A stretch of DNA of 63,512 nt, counting the filler. It is 12 parts of 12 records of this genome, joined end to end, with 100 filler letters (N's around TTAATTAATTAA, not from the genome) between each part and the next. Parts side by side here need not be neighbours in the genome. Positions count along the whole stretch, not along the records: positions 47,936 to 54,978 come from SRR7504441_6581; positions 55,079 to 59,813 come from SRR7504441_6584; positions 59,914 to 63,512 come from SRR7504441_6589; 9 more parts are not named here. One strand, 5' to 3'. The translations under genes and the position numbers were made by a program. The notes beneath the pieces were generated by a model. It saw only the letters and a list, made by a program, of their open reading frames with translations. It made no database searches and was not told where the DNA came from. Below are positions 51,555 through 63,113 of this stretch, in pieces (within the stretch, counting starts at the first letter, position 1; the number at the start of each line of letters is the position of its first letter).

Positions 51555-53377
51555 ATGCCGCGTGGACGGCGCAAGGCCAACAACGGCTGGTCGAACAGCA
51601 AAGCTTTGCACGAGGAAGAGACTAAGTGGCTTATCCCGGCCGTCGCTTCCCTCATCCTGTTCCTGGCGCTATGGCTGGACCACGGGGGCATAGACGACAT
51701 GGCGGCCCTATCGGCCGAACGCGCCTGGCAAAGTACGGCGCGCGGGCGGCGGGGGGGGGGCTCACTGCTGCGGGCGGCAGGGTCTGGGTACGCCTCTAGA
51801 CTGCAGGCCCGCAAGCCAAAGCTGTCGACCGGCCAGCGAGACGAAGCAGCCCTCTTGCCTGTAGCGCGCCGGACCAAACTTGGCCTGAAGGACTTTGCAA
51901 AGCACTACGACGGCCAAAGGCGCCGGCAGCCGGCAGGCAGGGGCTGATCGGATGGGTGAAGGCCGGTGCTGGTCGACGGCGCGACGAGCAATTGGTCGGC
52001 GATGAAGGACTGGTCGCGCAAGCGGTTCGCCAACACGTACCGGAACGAGCTGCTCGTGCTGACTGTCACCCAATCCGGATTAGACAAAAGGGAAGTGATG
52101 ATAGCTCCGGTCAAAGAACTTAACTATTACGCAGCCAACACCAGCGTAGGTGCGGCCTGACTGGCGGCCCGAGGCTCATGCCGTGCGCGCAGAGTCGTGG
52201 GCCTTGGTAGAAGACGAGTATTTCCTTCCGATGAGGCCCAAGCTGGTTAAACAGCTCGGAGTTCTCAATCTGCTTCGAGACAACTGGTTCAAACACTTTC
52301 CGGAGAACTGCCGGCCGTCGGCGCACACGCTCATCTGGGTGGGTCTGCCGCCGGCTCGGTGCGATCCTGGTGACAGGGCTCGCTCTTCTCTCGCTCTGTG
52401 CTCCGCGTGGCTGCTTACAACTCGACTAGCGTGCACACTTTGGTCAGAGGGATGCGGAGCTGGAAGCTCTTTCCGCCCTCCCAGAGCAAATACCTGCACC
52501 TGCCCCCCAACGGCGTCCTCTCTGGCCTCACTCTCCAGGCGCCCGGCCCGCGCCCCGCCCACTCAGTCCGCGGCAGTTCCACGCATATGGCTCTCCAGTC
52601 GACGCCTTTATGCCCGACTCCGACCGGCACCCCCAGTTCCGGCACGCCAAACCACTCGTGTTCGAGCAGCACCCGGGAGAGGTCAGTCGGCCGCCTGGCG
52701 GCTGCTGAGCTGCCGGCAGGTGCTTGTTGTGCCGCCGGGATGGTTTGCACAGTGGTTTAGCGTGTCGGAGACGCTGGGCACTGCCACTCAGCTGCTAAAC
52801 GGAAAGAACTTTGATATGGTACTCTCGGAGGTGATGAAAGTGCGCGACCAGGTCCGCTGCCCTGCTGGGCCAGCCGAGAGCGCCGGTGGCAGGTTTTGTG
52901 GAATAAACTGCCTCTAGACCTCGAGAGCATGTCGCCTGTGCAGCAAGTGCGGAGCGGGCCGTGCAGGGCTGAGCGCTCGGGGCAGATCAAAGCTGTAATG
53001 GGCAACCTGGCCGAGTCAGTTCACTGGCGAGCCAACGTGACCAGATCCGCGATGCTCATGCAGTGCGCGCCCGCTCGCGGCCGGCCGGCGAGCCGCTGTC
53101 GGGCAGATTTGGTGGGAACCTAGATAAAAACAAAATGTCGGAGAGCGGTCCGTTAAAGATGCTCAAGGATGCGCTGCTGAGCAACCCGCAGCTGTTGATG
53201 GGACTGGCCTCGGAGGGTAAGCCGTCGTCGGCACGGGGAGGCCAGCAGTGCAGCCAGCAGATTCCTAGCTTGTCACAGATGGCAGAGCTTTTCCCTCAGG
53301 ATCCATCGGTCGGCCAGTCGATATTGGATCTGCCGCTCTTTGATACCAATCACGAAGTTTTGACTGACATGACTTAA
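51555..53377 (+). CDS. Membrane-anchored JmjC/cupin-like protein, probably inactive
   Basis: N-terminal TM; PVLVDG..WSAMKDW, VRGMRSWKLFPP, VVPPGWF; HxD..H ligands not seen; many introns. Confidence 0.7.
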
Positions 53378-53881
53378 AGAGCGGAATGCTCTTGTCTCAG
53401 TTCGAGCATGAGCTGACTCACCACTGGTCATGTGGGCACGGGGGTTGAGTGGTGAAACGTGACGACTGGTGCGTCATCTGTAGCGGGTGAGCGCCGGCAC
53501 GAGCACTTTAAGACCTCAAACAAGCATGTCCTGATGCTCTCCGGCTCGAGCTCGTGAACTCACATGACCAGCAACTGAAGTGAGCACAGGTCAAGAGATC
53601 CACATAGTTACAACTGATAGTTTATCTTAATAGTAAACGACGGAGAATCACACGGAATCAGTTTCGCCGCAAATTTCAAATGTTTTATAGTATTAACCGG
53701 TAAGCTGAACAAGCGTACTTTTTCGGGGCTTACGCGCAACGCAAATATGCATGCAAATACAATACAGCTGTAAATGAATTGTCAGAACTGAATGACCTTG
53801 ATGTCAGATGAGCTGACCGCGACGTCAACGGAACACACGTTCGCGAGCACAAGGCCTGGTGGGGTGGTGTGGGCGGGGCGA

Positions 53882-54330
53882 ATGGTGGCGTACGAGCTGA
53901 ATTGCCTGCTCTCGTGCAAGGTCCCGATCGCCAGCTCGGTCAACCTGTTCCGGGGCCTGGCCCGCGGGGTGGTCCGGAGCGGGGGTGTGGTCCGCAAGCT
54001 CACCAACCACGGGATTCGGCCACTCGGGTACAAAATCAGAAAATCACAGGCAACCGCCCGTCCCTGCCGGGCGAGCCGGCCGTGCAGGAGGCACACCAGC
54101 AGGCTCAGTTCATTGCGCTGGACATCGACATCGGGCCCAAGGTAGCACCGGGCCCGCGGCTCTCGAGGGCTGGCCTGCAGGTACTGGGAGAGTTGGAGCA
54201 CTCGCTTAGGGTAGACCCACACGTGCTCAGATTCATGACCCTGAACAAGGAGCGCTCGCTCCGGAAGGTCAGTCGCGACCTGTCCGAGGCTCAGCGCAAG
54301 GCGGCCGAAGTGCGCAACAGCAATAACTGA
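53882..54330 (+). CDS. MRPS6: Organellar (probably mitochondrial) ribosomal protein bS6
   Basis: MVAYEL, GGVVRKLTNHGIRPLGYKI, LRVDPHVLRF; introns 54050-54087 (GC-AG) and 54142-54180. Confidence 0.85.
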
Positions 54331-54717
54331 GCTGCGGGGACGGGGAGCGCGAGAGGCCGGCTCGCTGGTGGCCTCGCGCTGGTGGTGTCAATGCCGTCAG
54401 ACAGTACCATGGCAATCTAGAAGCCGAGTTACGGTGACGGCATTGTGTCAGATGCGTGCAGTATGATTGTACGCAGTGCATAGCTATGGGCTGCGGAGGC
54501 AGCGGAGCAACGCTAAATGTTAATGTTGTACGAGTAGTGCGTGAATCATGGATACGCATTCGACATCTAGGGATTCGAGCTTTAGTAAGTCTAGACTAAA
54601 CTTACGTAGACCTTCATTTAATTTCAAAACCAATCAGAAACTCGATTGACGCTGCCCCATCACGAAGCAGCCTAAAGTGCGCTACCGCCTAGCCTCCGCC
54701 CTTTAGCTAGCGTAGAG

Positions 54718-54978
54718 CTAGCGCCGCCTGGCCGGCTTCTTCTTCCGAGCCGGTGCATTAGGCGCTCTAGTGCGCCCGCCACTTCCAAAAATCCCACCGG
54801 GCGAGGCAGCTGCACCGAACATGCCTCCTCCTCCTGAAGCAGCCGGAGCAGCGCCAGCACCGAACGCGCCTCCTGAAGCAGCCGGCGCAGCGCCAGCACC
54901 GAACATGCCTCCTCCTGAACCAGCCGGTGCTGCTGCAGTCGAGGACGCTGCAGGTGCGCCGAAAAGCCCTCCAGACGC
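54718..54978 (-). CDS. FG-repeat nucleoporin C-terminus (Nup153/Nup1-like)
   Basis: GGMFGAGAAPAAS repeats and basic tail RKKKPARRR*. Confidence 0.65.
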   Translation of the reverse strand, partial: ASGGLFGAPAASSTAAAPAGSGGGMFGAGAAPAASGGAFGAGAAPAASGGGGMFGAAASPGGIFGSGGRTRAPNAPARKKKPARRR

Positions 54979-55078
54979 NNNNNNNNNNNNNNNNNNNNNN
55001 NNNNNNNNNNNNNNNNNNNNNNTTAATTAATTAANNNNNNNNNNNNNNNNNNNNNNNNNNNNNNNNNNNNNNNNNNNN

Positions 55079-55218
55079 CCATTGAACTCCCAAGTAGTCT
55101 GGTTGGTGCAGATCAAAAAGCTGTGGAAAACCAGCAGCGCTAGCGGGAGCCAGCCGACCACAGCCATCAGCAGCACCAGCAGCACCCCACACATGTTGAT
55201 CCTCACAAACTCATCCAC
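55079..55218 (-). CDS. zDHHC palmitoyltransferase-like TM plus TTxE exon (fragment)
   Basis: TM helix followed by FHSFLICTNQTTWEF; DHHC motif not located. Confidence 0.4.
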
Positions 55219-56148
55219 TGCGACCGGAGGGCAGGCCCGTATCTCATGACGGTGGTCTACCTGGCGTTTGTGCTCGCTGGCGGGTGACTCGGCCCAGCCA
55301 AGCCAGGCCGAGCGCCAAAGGACAGCTGGCTGTTTGTGTGGACTTCCTCGGCGGATCCGGGCAGGATCAAGTCGCCGGATCCAAAGGAGAAGTCAAGCGA
55401 GCCCGTGGACCCGTAGCCAAGGCTGCTTAAGTGCCCTCTCTCTCTGCCAACCGCTCATCCCAGCCGCAGGTAACGTCGAGCTCACTTGCTGCGACTATGA
55501 CCCAGAGCCCAAGGTGAGCAATAGCTCGCGGTCTCTTAAGGTATGGGCCGATTTGGTGCTTGGCAGTATTGGCGTCCATACATGAAGCCCCCGCCACCGC
55601 AGGCTGCGCAGACTCCTGCCAAAGCCAACGGCAAGCCTGCGTAGATCTCGAAATCGTGGCTTTCAAATTCAAAACAAGATTAGATGCTTGTAGTTACGAG
55701 TACGTACATGCATTGCATCGCTGTTTCATGATCACAATCGTGAAATTGTGGCGTAATTGTGGTATAATTGTGGCACGTACTCACGACAGTCAACCGGTTG
55801 TGACTGATTGACTAGCCGTCACTAGCGAGGCCAGCTAGAGGCCAGCGACAATTCTGCCCGATGAAAATAATTATGATACAGTAATGATTTATTGCATGCA
55901 CAATAATTATTGCAATCTGCCGTATCGCGATCGTATCGCGATCGCTTGTGAGCATGAGCTTCTGTTACATGTATGTAACGTGTCGGCATGTATGTTTTCT
56001 TCTCATAACAACTAATTGATTAAACTAAACTTACTTCCAATTCAGAAGAACAGAATTTAGAATTTACACACTATGATTTATATTAATTTTCATTGACACA
56101 CTATGATTACACTCGAGCTCCAATAACACTCCAACCACTCACATTCGG

Positions 56149-57837
56149 CTAATATTGGCGTGCTTTTGGCTCGAGCTCCTTCGAGGGTGCCGTCGGCGGC
56201 TCTGGTGCAACCGGATTTGGAGTTTCTTCATCATGGTCCATGGGCGCTACTGATGCGTGAGATGCCGTAGGCACGTCTTCTGTACCGGGGGATCCATGGC
56301 CAGGCTCGCAGATCACATTTTCTACCTCATTGTGGCTGTTGTCCATGGACTCGGGGCTATTTTGCTCGTGATCAACGGTTTGCATGGTTGGATGTGATGT
56401 ATCTTCTTGCGGCGCCGACGCATCTTCAGGTGCAACCGCTTCGTCATCTGATTCATCGTTGTCTTTGTCGTCATCGTCGTCGTCTTCTGGAGGCAGGAGA
56501 GAAGTGGTCACGCCCCTGCCGAGCTGAATCTTCGTGAGCACCAGCACAGTTATTATCGAGATGAGCTCGCCGGTCACAAACAGCCCCCAATTGAGCCCGT
56601 TGAACTTGGTGGAATCGCCAAAGAAAAACAGACCTCCCATCACCGCGATGCTCTCCTCGACCACCGACTGCGAAGGCACGAAGATCATGGCCGGGGTCTT
56701 CTTGAGTCCCACAGTCGTGAGCATCATTTGGGTAACATACAGAAACACGAGCGTGCCCCCCAGAATGTAAGACTCTCCGTAGGTAGTCAGGAACGCAACC
56801 AGGCCTTTCCCGACCGGCTCCCAGTCGATCGCACCGATCCACAGGAACATGGTCTTGCTCAGAGTAATACACAGCCCGCCGATTCCACCAGCTGTGGCAC
56901 CGTAGCTCGCGTTTCGAAACAGCCGCCGGACCCAGCCAGTGCAGCACAGGCAGCGCAGCGGCTCAGGTTCAGGCTCGGCCTCACCTGGTGCCAATATGGC
57001 ACAGGAGCCAGCACTGCCTCGCTGCGCCCAGTGGAGGCCGAGCACCCTTGGCTCACTTTCTCTTGACTCGTCTGTAGGAGTCACACACTCTTCCTCCATA
57101 GGCACGCCCACCCCACTCCCTATGGCCGGCCGGCCCGCAGGCACCGAAGTGTTTGAGTCGGCTTCGTCCGCTTCAACTGGCGTTTCCACTGCGCTGATCG
57201 CTTCGTCAGCGCCATCTGTGGTCGGGATAGACTTGGGTTGCGTGCAGTGCGCGGATCTCCAGCTCTCTTCTACAATGACCCTGAAGCTTGTCACAGGCTT
57301 GCCGTTGGCGACGGCCGGCTGCGGGTTCTTGTCCACGAGGAAGTAGCGGGGCAGCATGTATGCCGCCACGATCAGCGTGGTGGTGAGCACCAGGAACAAG
57401 ATCCCGCCTACCGTTATGAACAGCTCGCGCACCTCGGGCTCGGTCAGCTCTGGGTTGTCTTTGGGGGCCGAGATGACAACCATCACGGTGCCGGTCACAA
57501 TCGCCGCGATGCACAGCCCCTCTTTGAGCCACTCGAAGGGCTCGTCGTTCAGCCACCAGGCGAACACTACGTTGCTGGCGAAGATCATTGTGCCACACGG
57601 GGCCAATAATGTCGGGGAGGCGAAGATGAGCGCCAGCGAGAGGAAAAAGCCACTCCCGGTGTAGAGCACCACCCCAAACACCAGCCAGGGCTGCCGGCAG
57701 CGGCGGCGGCGGTCGCGCTTGGGCCTTTCGAACTCCTTGCGCATCGACCAGCGCTGCAGGTTGGCTCCGAGCGCCATGGTGGTCCGCCCGATCATGTAGA
57801 TCACCACACCGATCACCCATCCGGCTGGCAGCGACAT
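56149..57837 (-). CDS. NIPA-family magnesium transporter
   Basis: ALGANLQR, ALIFASPTLLAP, LNDE, ISAPK, IFVP, GGLFFFGD. Confidence 0.85.
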   Translation of the reverse strand: MSLPAGWVIGVVIYMIGRTTMALGANLQRWSMRKEFERPKRDRRRRCRQPWLVFGVVLYTGSGFFLSLALIFASPTLLAPCGTMIFASNVVFAWWLNDEPFEWLKEGLCIAAIVTGTVMVVISAPKDNPELTEPEVRELFITVGGILFLVLTTTLIVAAYMLPRYFLVDKNPQPAVANGKPVTSFRVIVEESWRSAHCTQPKSIPTTDGADEAISAVETPVEADEADSNTSVPAGRPAIGSGVGVPMEEECVTPTDESRESEPRVLGLHWAQRGSAGSCAILAPGEAEPEPEPLRCLCCTGWVRRLFRNASYGATAGGIGGLCITLSKTMFLWIGAIDWEPVGKGLVAFLTTYGESYILGGTLVFLYVTQMMLTTVGLKKTPAMIFVPSQSVVEESIAVMGGLFFFGDSTKFNGLNWGLFVTGELISIITVLVLTKIQLGRGVTTSLLPPEDDDDDDKDNDESDDEAVAPEDASAPQEDTSHPTMQTVDHEQNSPESMDNSHNEVENVICEPGHGSPGTEDVPTASHASVAPMDHDEETPNPVAPEPPTAPSKELEPKARQY

Positions 57838-58046
57838 GACCAGCTCCCACAAGGGCCGGTAACCCCCCAAGGACGTCGGCCGGGTCCAGTCGCGCGTAGA
57901 GTGCACAGTCGTCACCCGCCGAGGCCCGCTCAAGCTGCTTCACCCCTATCTCTCCTCCAACCCCAACCGCCTTCTTGACTTTCCCAGCTTGGCTCATCAA
58001 CAGCGAAGGCACAACCGGCCGCGGTGAGCGGTTTACCGGGGGATCC

Positions 58047-59139
58047 ATGGCGTGGTTTATTACCAGGAGATCCATCCCAGGGGTTTCGCGCAGCTTCATG
58101 AGTTTCCTCCGTTTCACCGCGGCCCAGCTGGCTCGCGCGGTCCCTTCCCAGCTCAAGCCGGCCGAGCAGCCCCAGCAACCCCAGCTTCAGCAGCCCCAGC
58201 CGAGGCCACAACAGCCCCAGCCGCGCCCGCAGCAGCCCCAGCTCCAGCCGAGGCCACAGCAACCCAAGCCGCAGCCGCACCAACCCAAGCCGCTGGCGAG
58301 CGCCGCGGCAGCACCGGGCACCTGCGACCGCTGCGACGGGCCGCACCCGTCGGCGTCCTGCCCGGTGTTCCGGCAGGCGCGCGGCAGCCACCCGGATGCC
58401 CAACGGAATTCGGGCCAGCGGGCTGGCGGGCTGGGCGGGCACGGGGGCAATCTGATGGTCCGGCGTGGCCGGGTCATCCGCCAGCCGGGCGACGGGAGCT
58501 GCCTGTTTCACTCGCTGCGATTCGGACTGCGACAACGGACGCAGCTGCAAGCCGGGCCCCTGCGGCGGCGGCTGTGTGAGTGGATCGGACGGAACGGTAA
58601 CCTGTTGGTGGCCGGCACCCCGCTGCATAAGTGGGTCAAATGGGACTCGGGACTAGACACGCGCGCTTACGTCAACCGGATGAGTCGCGGCGGCTGGGGT
58701 GGCTCCAGGCTCTCGCCTGCAGTAAGGCCGGGTGGCAGGCGGGGGGATCGAGCTGCTCGCTTGCGCCAAGTGCTTTCGAGTGAGCCTGCAAGTGTGGGAG
58801 CGCCGGCCGGGCGGATTCAAACGAATCTCAGCGTTCGAGCCGGGCGGGCAGCCGACCGGGTCTGTGCACGTGCTGTACTGCGGCGGGGTGCGTGCGGCTG
58901 GTGGCGCGGCTGATGCCCGGCAGGTGCACTATGACGGGTTTGAGCCGGACCTGGCCAGCGGGTACACAGTGCAGCCGTCGCCGCCCATACGGAGCACCCC
59001 GGCGCCTGCAGCCGGGCTAAACCGATTTAAGGTGAAAAAGCCCGAGCCACTCCGGCCGGGCTGGCGGGCGAGGCAGAGCGGGCAAGGAAAGTGGCATCGG
59101 AAGCGCGGCTGGCACAAAAATAACAAGTACCGGCGTTGA
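58047..59139 (+). CDS. OTU-domain deubiquitinase with PQ repeats and a CxxCx3Hx4C knuckle
   Basis: QPGDGSCLFHSL, WGGGIE (after intron 58699-58738), VHYD. Confidence 0.88.
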
Positions 59140-59326
59140 ATAAAGAATCGTCTAGCCGGCGCCGGATGAGCATGTGCATGCTCGGTACATGCTCGGATGA
59201 GTTGGCCAAATCAAAAGTTGTTGGTTTCCACCGCCGACGTTTGCGCGCGAAGCTACGGTATAAAATCATCTTTACGCACTCGTACATGCACGGTACAGTA
59301 CTGTATGTCAAGTATCGAGTACAAAA

Positions 59327-59813
59327 TTAGGCGCCTTTTAGGGCCAGGGTTAGTCGACGTCGTCGGGAGAATTTGGCCACGAGCGGCCTCTGGGGATCGC
59401 GCAGCCGCTGTACTATTACATCAAAGGTCATTAAGGCGGCGTCCTGGCCGTTGATCGACAAGAGCACCATCCCGGGCGCCAGCAGCTTGGCCAGCCTCTC
59501 TGTCCGCACCAGAGCGATCAGCGCGCCCATCTTAGAAGCCCGGGCCGCCAGCTGCAGCCCGAGCGGCCCCGGCTCTCGCCACGTCACCGCCACCGGCAGG
59601 TTGCCATCGGGCGGCGAGGGTCTCGGTTCGAACAGTCGCTGGAAACTGACGGGGCCCTGGGTGCACAGCTGGACCAGCTTGCCGTCCTCACGCACCCAGC
59701 GCTCGGTCACGTTGTCGGCCCGCTTGCCTGCCACGTCCCGCCCGGTGGTGACCAGCGCTCGGCCGCGCCACTCGCTGGACCGGCGCCACTTCTTGCCGTT
59801 CGGGTCCTTGTCC
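59327..59813 (-). CDS. PDZ domain protein, 3' fragment
   Basis: PGPLGLQL..LAPGMVLLSING..RPLVAKF. Confidence 0.7.
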
Positions 59814-60273
59814 NNNNNNNNNNNNNNNNNNNNNNNNNNNNNNNNNNNNNNNNNNNNTTAATTAATTAANNNNNNNNNNNNNNNNNNNNNNNNNNNNNNN
59901 NNNNNNNNNNNNNCATCGAGGCAAACCATACTCGTGAACATCCTTTGTGGAACTGCATGACTGCTGATGTTGCTTGTGCTCTTGACTGCCTCTGACTATC
60001 TTGTTTGGATTTCAGGATCTAGCACCTGGGAGCATCATAAGGATGGAATCAAGAGAGTCGTTTGCTGTGAAGTATCATTTTGAAGGCACGAGTCTTCTAG
60101 AGTTCCAATCGATATCGTTTGTACCAATAATACATAATTTTAGTGCTCAGTTAGGGTGAGTGAAGTTTCACATTAGTTCTACATGAGGCGTTGATCGTTG
60201 GCAACAATCCATGCATGCACATGAATATTTAAGTAGAGTACTCAGTATATGATGTGTGGGTATGTGTGGGATG

Positions 60274-61129
60274 TCAAAGCTTGCCCGGTACGCGGTTTCG
60301 AGAATAAAACTCCTGGAACGCCCTCACATTCCGATCTGGGTCGTCAGCTCTAACTCGTGAAGGCTCTTGAAGCGTGCTCTTCATACTCGCAAACGCCGCA
60401 ACCCCCGGCGGCGGCAGCGCCACCCGCTCGATGCACGCACTTAACACTGAGTCGTAGTTCGGCTCCACCCCGTCCAGCACTCCCATCTTAAGTGCAGCGT
60501 CAGGTGCGATGAACTGGCCTCCAAGCAGCAGCTGCTTGAGCGCCAGGACACCGATCGCATATCGGCAGACCTCAGTGGCCGCTAGCGGCAGGATTGCCGG
60601 CATTTGCACCTCGTTCATCCCTATCTGAAACTCTGTGCCCAGCGCCACCCTCCAGTCGGCCGCAGCCATCAGACAGAACCCACCCGCCATGGCGTGACCG
60701 GTGACCGCCGCCTGCCGCCCGGCTCGCATCACAGTCCACGCGGGGCCGGTCACCGCCACCGGTCGGGGCAGCTTCCACAGCCGCCAGATCAGTCGATCGA
60801 AGCGGTTCACATACTCTTGGAAGGACTGCTCGGTTAGCGAGGCCACGTGCTTCAGGTCCAGCCCAGCTGAGAAGACCCGGCGCTCACGCGGGACCGCGAG
60901 CACCAGTCCGCAGCCGGCCAGCTCTGGGTCCGTCTCGAGCCGTTCCAACGCCCGCTCCATCGCGTCCATGTTGGCCGGCGAGAAGAAGTTGGCTGCCGGG
61001 GCAGGCTCCTGCCGGCCACAGGCGGGTGATACCTTTGTTCACGCGCATTGTGCACAGTGCGACCTGTTCGCCCGCGTCCGATTCGACCAGCTCGATCGGC
61101 CAACCTTCCTCGGGAACCCCCTCGGCCAT
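60274..61129 (-). CDS. Enoyl-CoA hydratase/isomerase (crotonase family)
   Basis: FSAGLDL, AAVTGHAMAGG, ADWR, IGMNEV; short introns. Confidence 0.9.
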
Positions 61130-61163
61130 TTCAACTCACGCTGCGGTCGCGAGCGCTGCCGCA

Positions 61164-61211
61164 GTAACGGCAGCTCTGGAACGTCGCGTAACGGCAGCTC
61201 TGGAACGTCGC
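61164..61211. repeat. Perfect 24-bp tandem duplication in a divergent promoter
   Basis: GTAACGGCAGCTCTGGAACGTCGC x2. Confidence 0.95.
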
Positions 61212-61231
61212 GGCCGTGTCAGGCGTGTGTG

Positions 61232-62872
61232 ATGCCTTCCAGGCCCGCAGTGCTGGTGCTTTTGCTGGCTAGGCTTGGTGGTGCTGCCGCCACGTCGAGC
61301 TGTACCTCAGCGGGCGCTCCGGCCAGCTTCCAAGCAAACACGGCCAGACATGGCGGCTTGCACATCTCTGACCGAGTGATCCAAGGGGACACTGTAGCTG
61401 CAGCAGCCGAATGCGCTGCGGACTGCTGTCGGGCGCAGACTGGAGCCACACTGTGCAAGTCGTGGAACCTGGAAAGGATCACGGGGGGCGAGTCCGTCGC
61501 TGCGTACAACTGCTCATTGCGAGGCCTGTACTCCTCCCCGACTGTGGCCAAGGACACTGTCAGTGGGGTGGTATACCGCACTGGCATTCAGCCGGACCCA
61601 GACATCGCAGACATCCGTGGATTCAACTATGTGCCCACCAGTGCCCCCAGCTCGCTGGCCATGTGGCGGGACTATGATCCTGCAGTGATCCAGCGAGACA
61701 TGACATACGCCCAGCGTGCCGGGTTCAACTTCGCGCGTGTCTTCTTGTCCTTCACCGTGTACGATCACGACCCTCCAGCATTCATTCACCGGTTGGGTGA
61801 TCTCATAGCCACTGCGTGGTCGCATGGGGTTCGAACCATGCCGGTGATTTTCGATCCTTGCTATGATGGTTGCCAGAACGAGAACATTACTATTGAAAGC
61901 AATGGCTCGTGCTGGTACCCATCGCCTCGTCCGCAGGATATGAGGAGTCGCCAATGGTGGGAAGGCCCAGGCAAAGCGTTCGTGGGTGCCCTACTGGCTG
62001 CTTTCCCTCCGGCTACTCCAGGGCTCGCCCTGTGGGATGCTGTGAACGAGCCGGAGCACGGCAATTCAGGGCTGCCGTTTGCCATGGCAGTCGCCAGCCA
62101 CATCCGCAATGTCTCGCAGCACTCGCGAGTCACCATCGGGTTGGCGAGTTACCTTAACCTGAGGGCAGTGGCACCAGCAGTGAACGTGCTCTCGTTTCAC
62201 AGCTACCACGACAGTTGGGAGTTGGGTCTCATGATCTCTGAATCGGCCCTCTCGGTGGCCAGGGAAACAGGATTGTCGGTCTTCAACTCAGAGACAGGCT
62301 GCATCGCAAGGGCCAGCGCTTACGACCAGACCATGGAACTAGCCGCCCGGAACGGGATCGGGTTTGCAGTGTGGGAGCTCATGATCAGCGACTGCACTGA
62401 CTGTGCAGACACGAGACGGTGGAAGCACGGCCTGCTATATGCTGATGGTACCACCCGTGACCCTGCCGCCATCGCTGCTGTGCGAGGGATCTATCTAGGC
62501 CGAGGCGATGCAGAAAACTCCCGGGTTGCAGTGCCAAGGCCAGGGGTGGAGAGAAAGCCTGCGCTGCTGGCGGAATCCATCTCGAAGTGGCTGCAAAATG
62601 CCACAGACCATGGCCGTGGCGACTTCATGCTCGGTTGCGAGTTACTCGATGGAGTGGCGAGTCTCCTGGAGAGCGCGGGATTGAGCACTACCACTGTCGC
62701 ACTGTCGCAGGTGGCGAGGAGGCTGGCGGCAGCGGGGGACACGGAGGCATCACAACAGGAACTGGCAGGGATACTGAAGGCACAAGTGGCACCGGGCGCA
62801 CCGCTACTCGGTACGAAGCAAGGTGCCGAGGACGCGCCTGCAACGTGCGTGTTTGCGCCGCCCCAGGTATAG
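61232..62872 (+). CDS. Secreted PAN/apple domain plus clan GH-A (GH5-like) glycoside hydrolase
   Basis: Signal peptide; C..CC..CKSW..C PAN pattern; RGFNYVP, GFNFARVF, WDAVNEP, SFHSY, NSETG. Confidence 0.8.
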   Translation: MPSRPAVLVLLLARLGGAAATSSCTSAGAPASFQANTARHGGLHISDRVIQGDTVAAAAECAADCCRAQTGATLCKSWNLERITGGESVAAYNCSLRGLYSSPTVAKDTVSGVVYRTGIQPDPDIADIRGFNYVPTSAPSSLAMWRDYDPAVIQRDMTYAQRAGFNFARVFLSFTVYDHDPPAFIHRLGDLIATAWSHGVRTMPVIFDPCYDGCQNENITIESNGSCWYPSPRPQDMRSRQWWEGPGKAFVGALLAAFPPATPGLALWDAVNEPEHGNSGLPFAMAVASHIRNVSQHSRVTIGLASYLNLRAVAPAVNVLSFHSYHDSWELGLMISESALSVARETGLSVFNSETGCIARASAYDQTMELAARNGIGFAVWELMISDCTDCADTRRWKHGLLYADGTTRDPAAIAAVRGIYLGRGDAENSRVAVPRPGVERKPALLAESISKWLQNATDHGRGDFMLGCELLDGVASLLESAGLSTTTVALSQVARRLAAAGDTEASQQELAGILKAQVAPGAPLLGTKQGAEDAPATCVFAPPQV

Positions 62873-63113
62873 ACTAGGTATAGACATGGGTATAGACCGC
62901 GTAGACCGGCTAAAACATCAGCTGATTCGGTCTTGCCACGCAAGTACCACGCAAGCATAATTATAGCAAGCATGAAGTGAATGATAATCATGATTGTACG
63001 TACAGAGATCTTATTACTCAGGTTCCCGTGTTTGAAAAGATCTGTAACCGGCCTGCCTATGGGAGACCTATGGTTAATCTACCCTTTTGAAGTGATTGAC
63101 ATACGACGCTCCA

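Noticed and set aside
55921-56110. Short duplications (CGTATCGCGAT x2; ACACACTATGATT x2), and GGTATAGAC x3 near 62866-62897
   Set aside because: Short local slippage repeats with no spacer structure or associated genes
58165-58290. CAGCCC-rich repeat array
   Set aside because: Ordinary coding PQ low-complexity tract in the OTU protein
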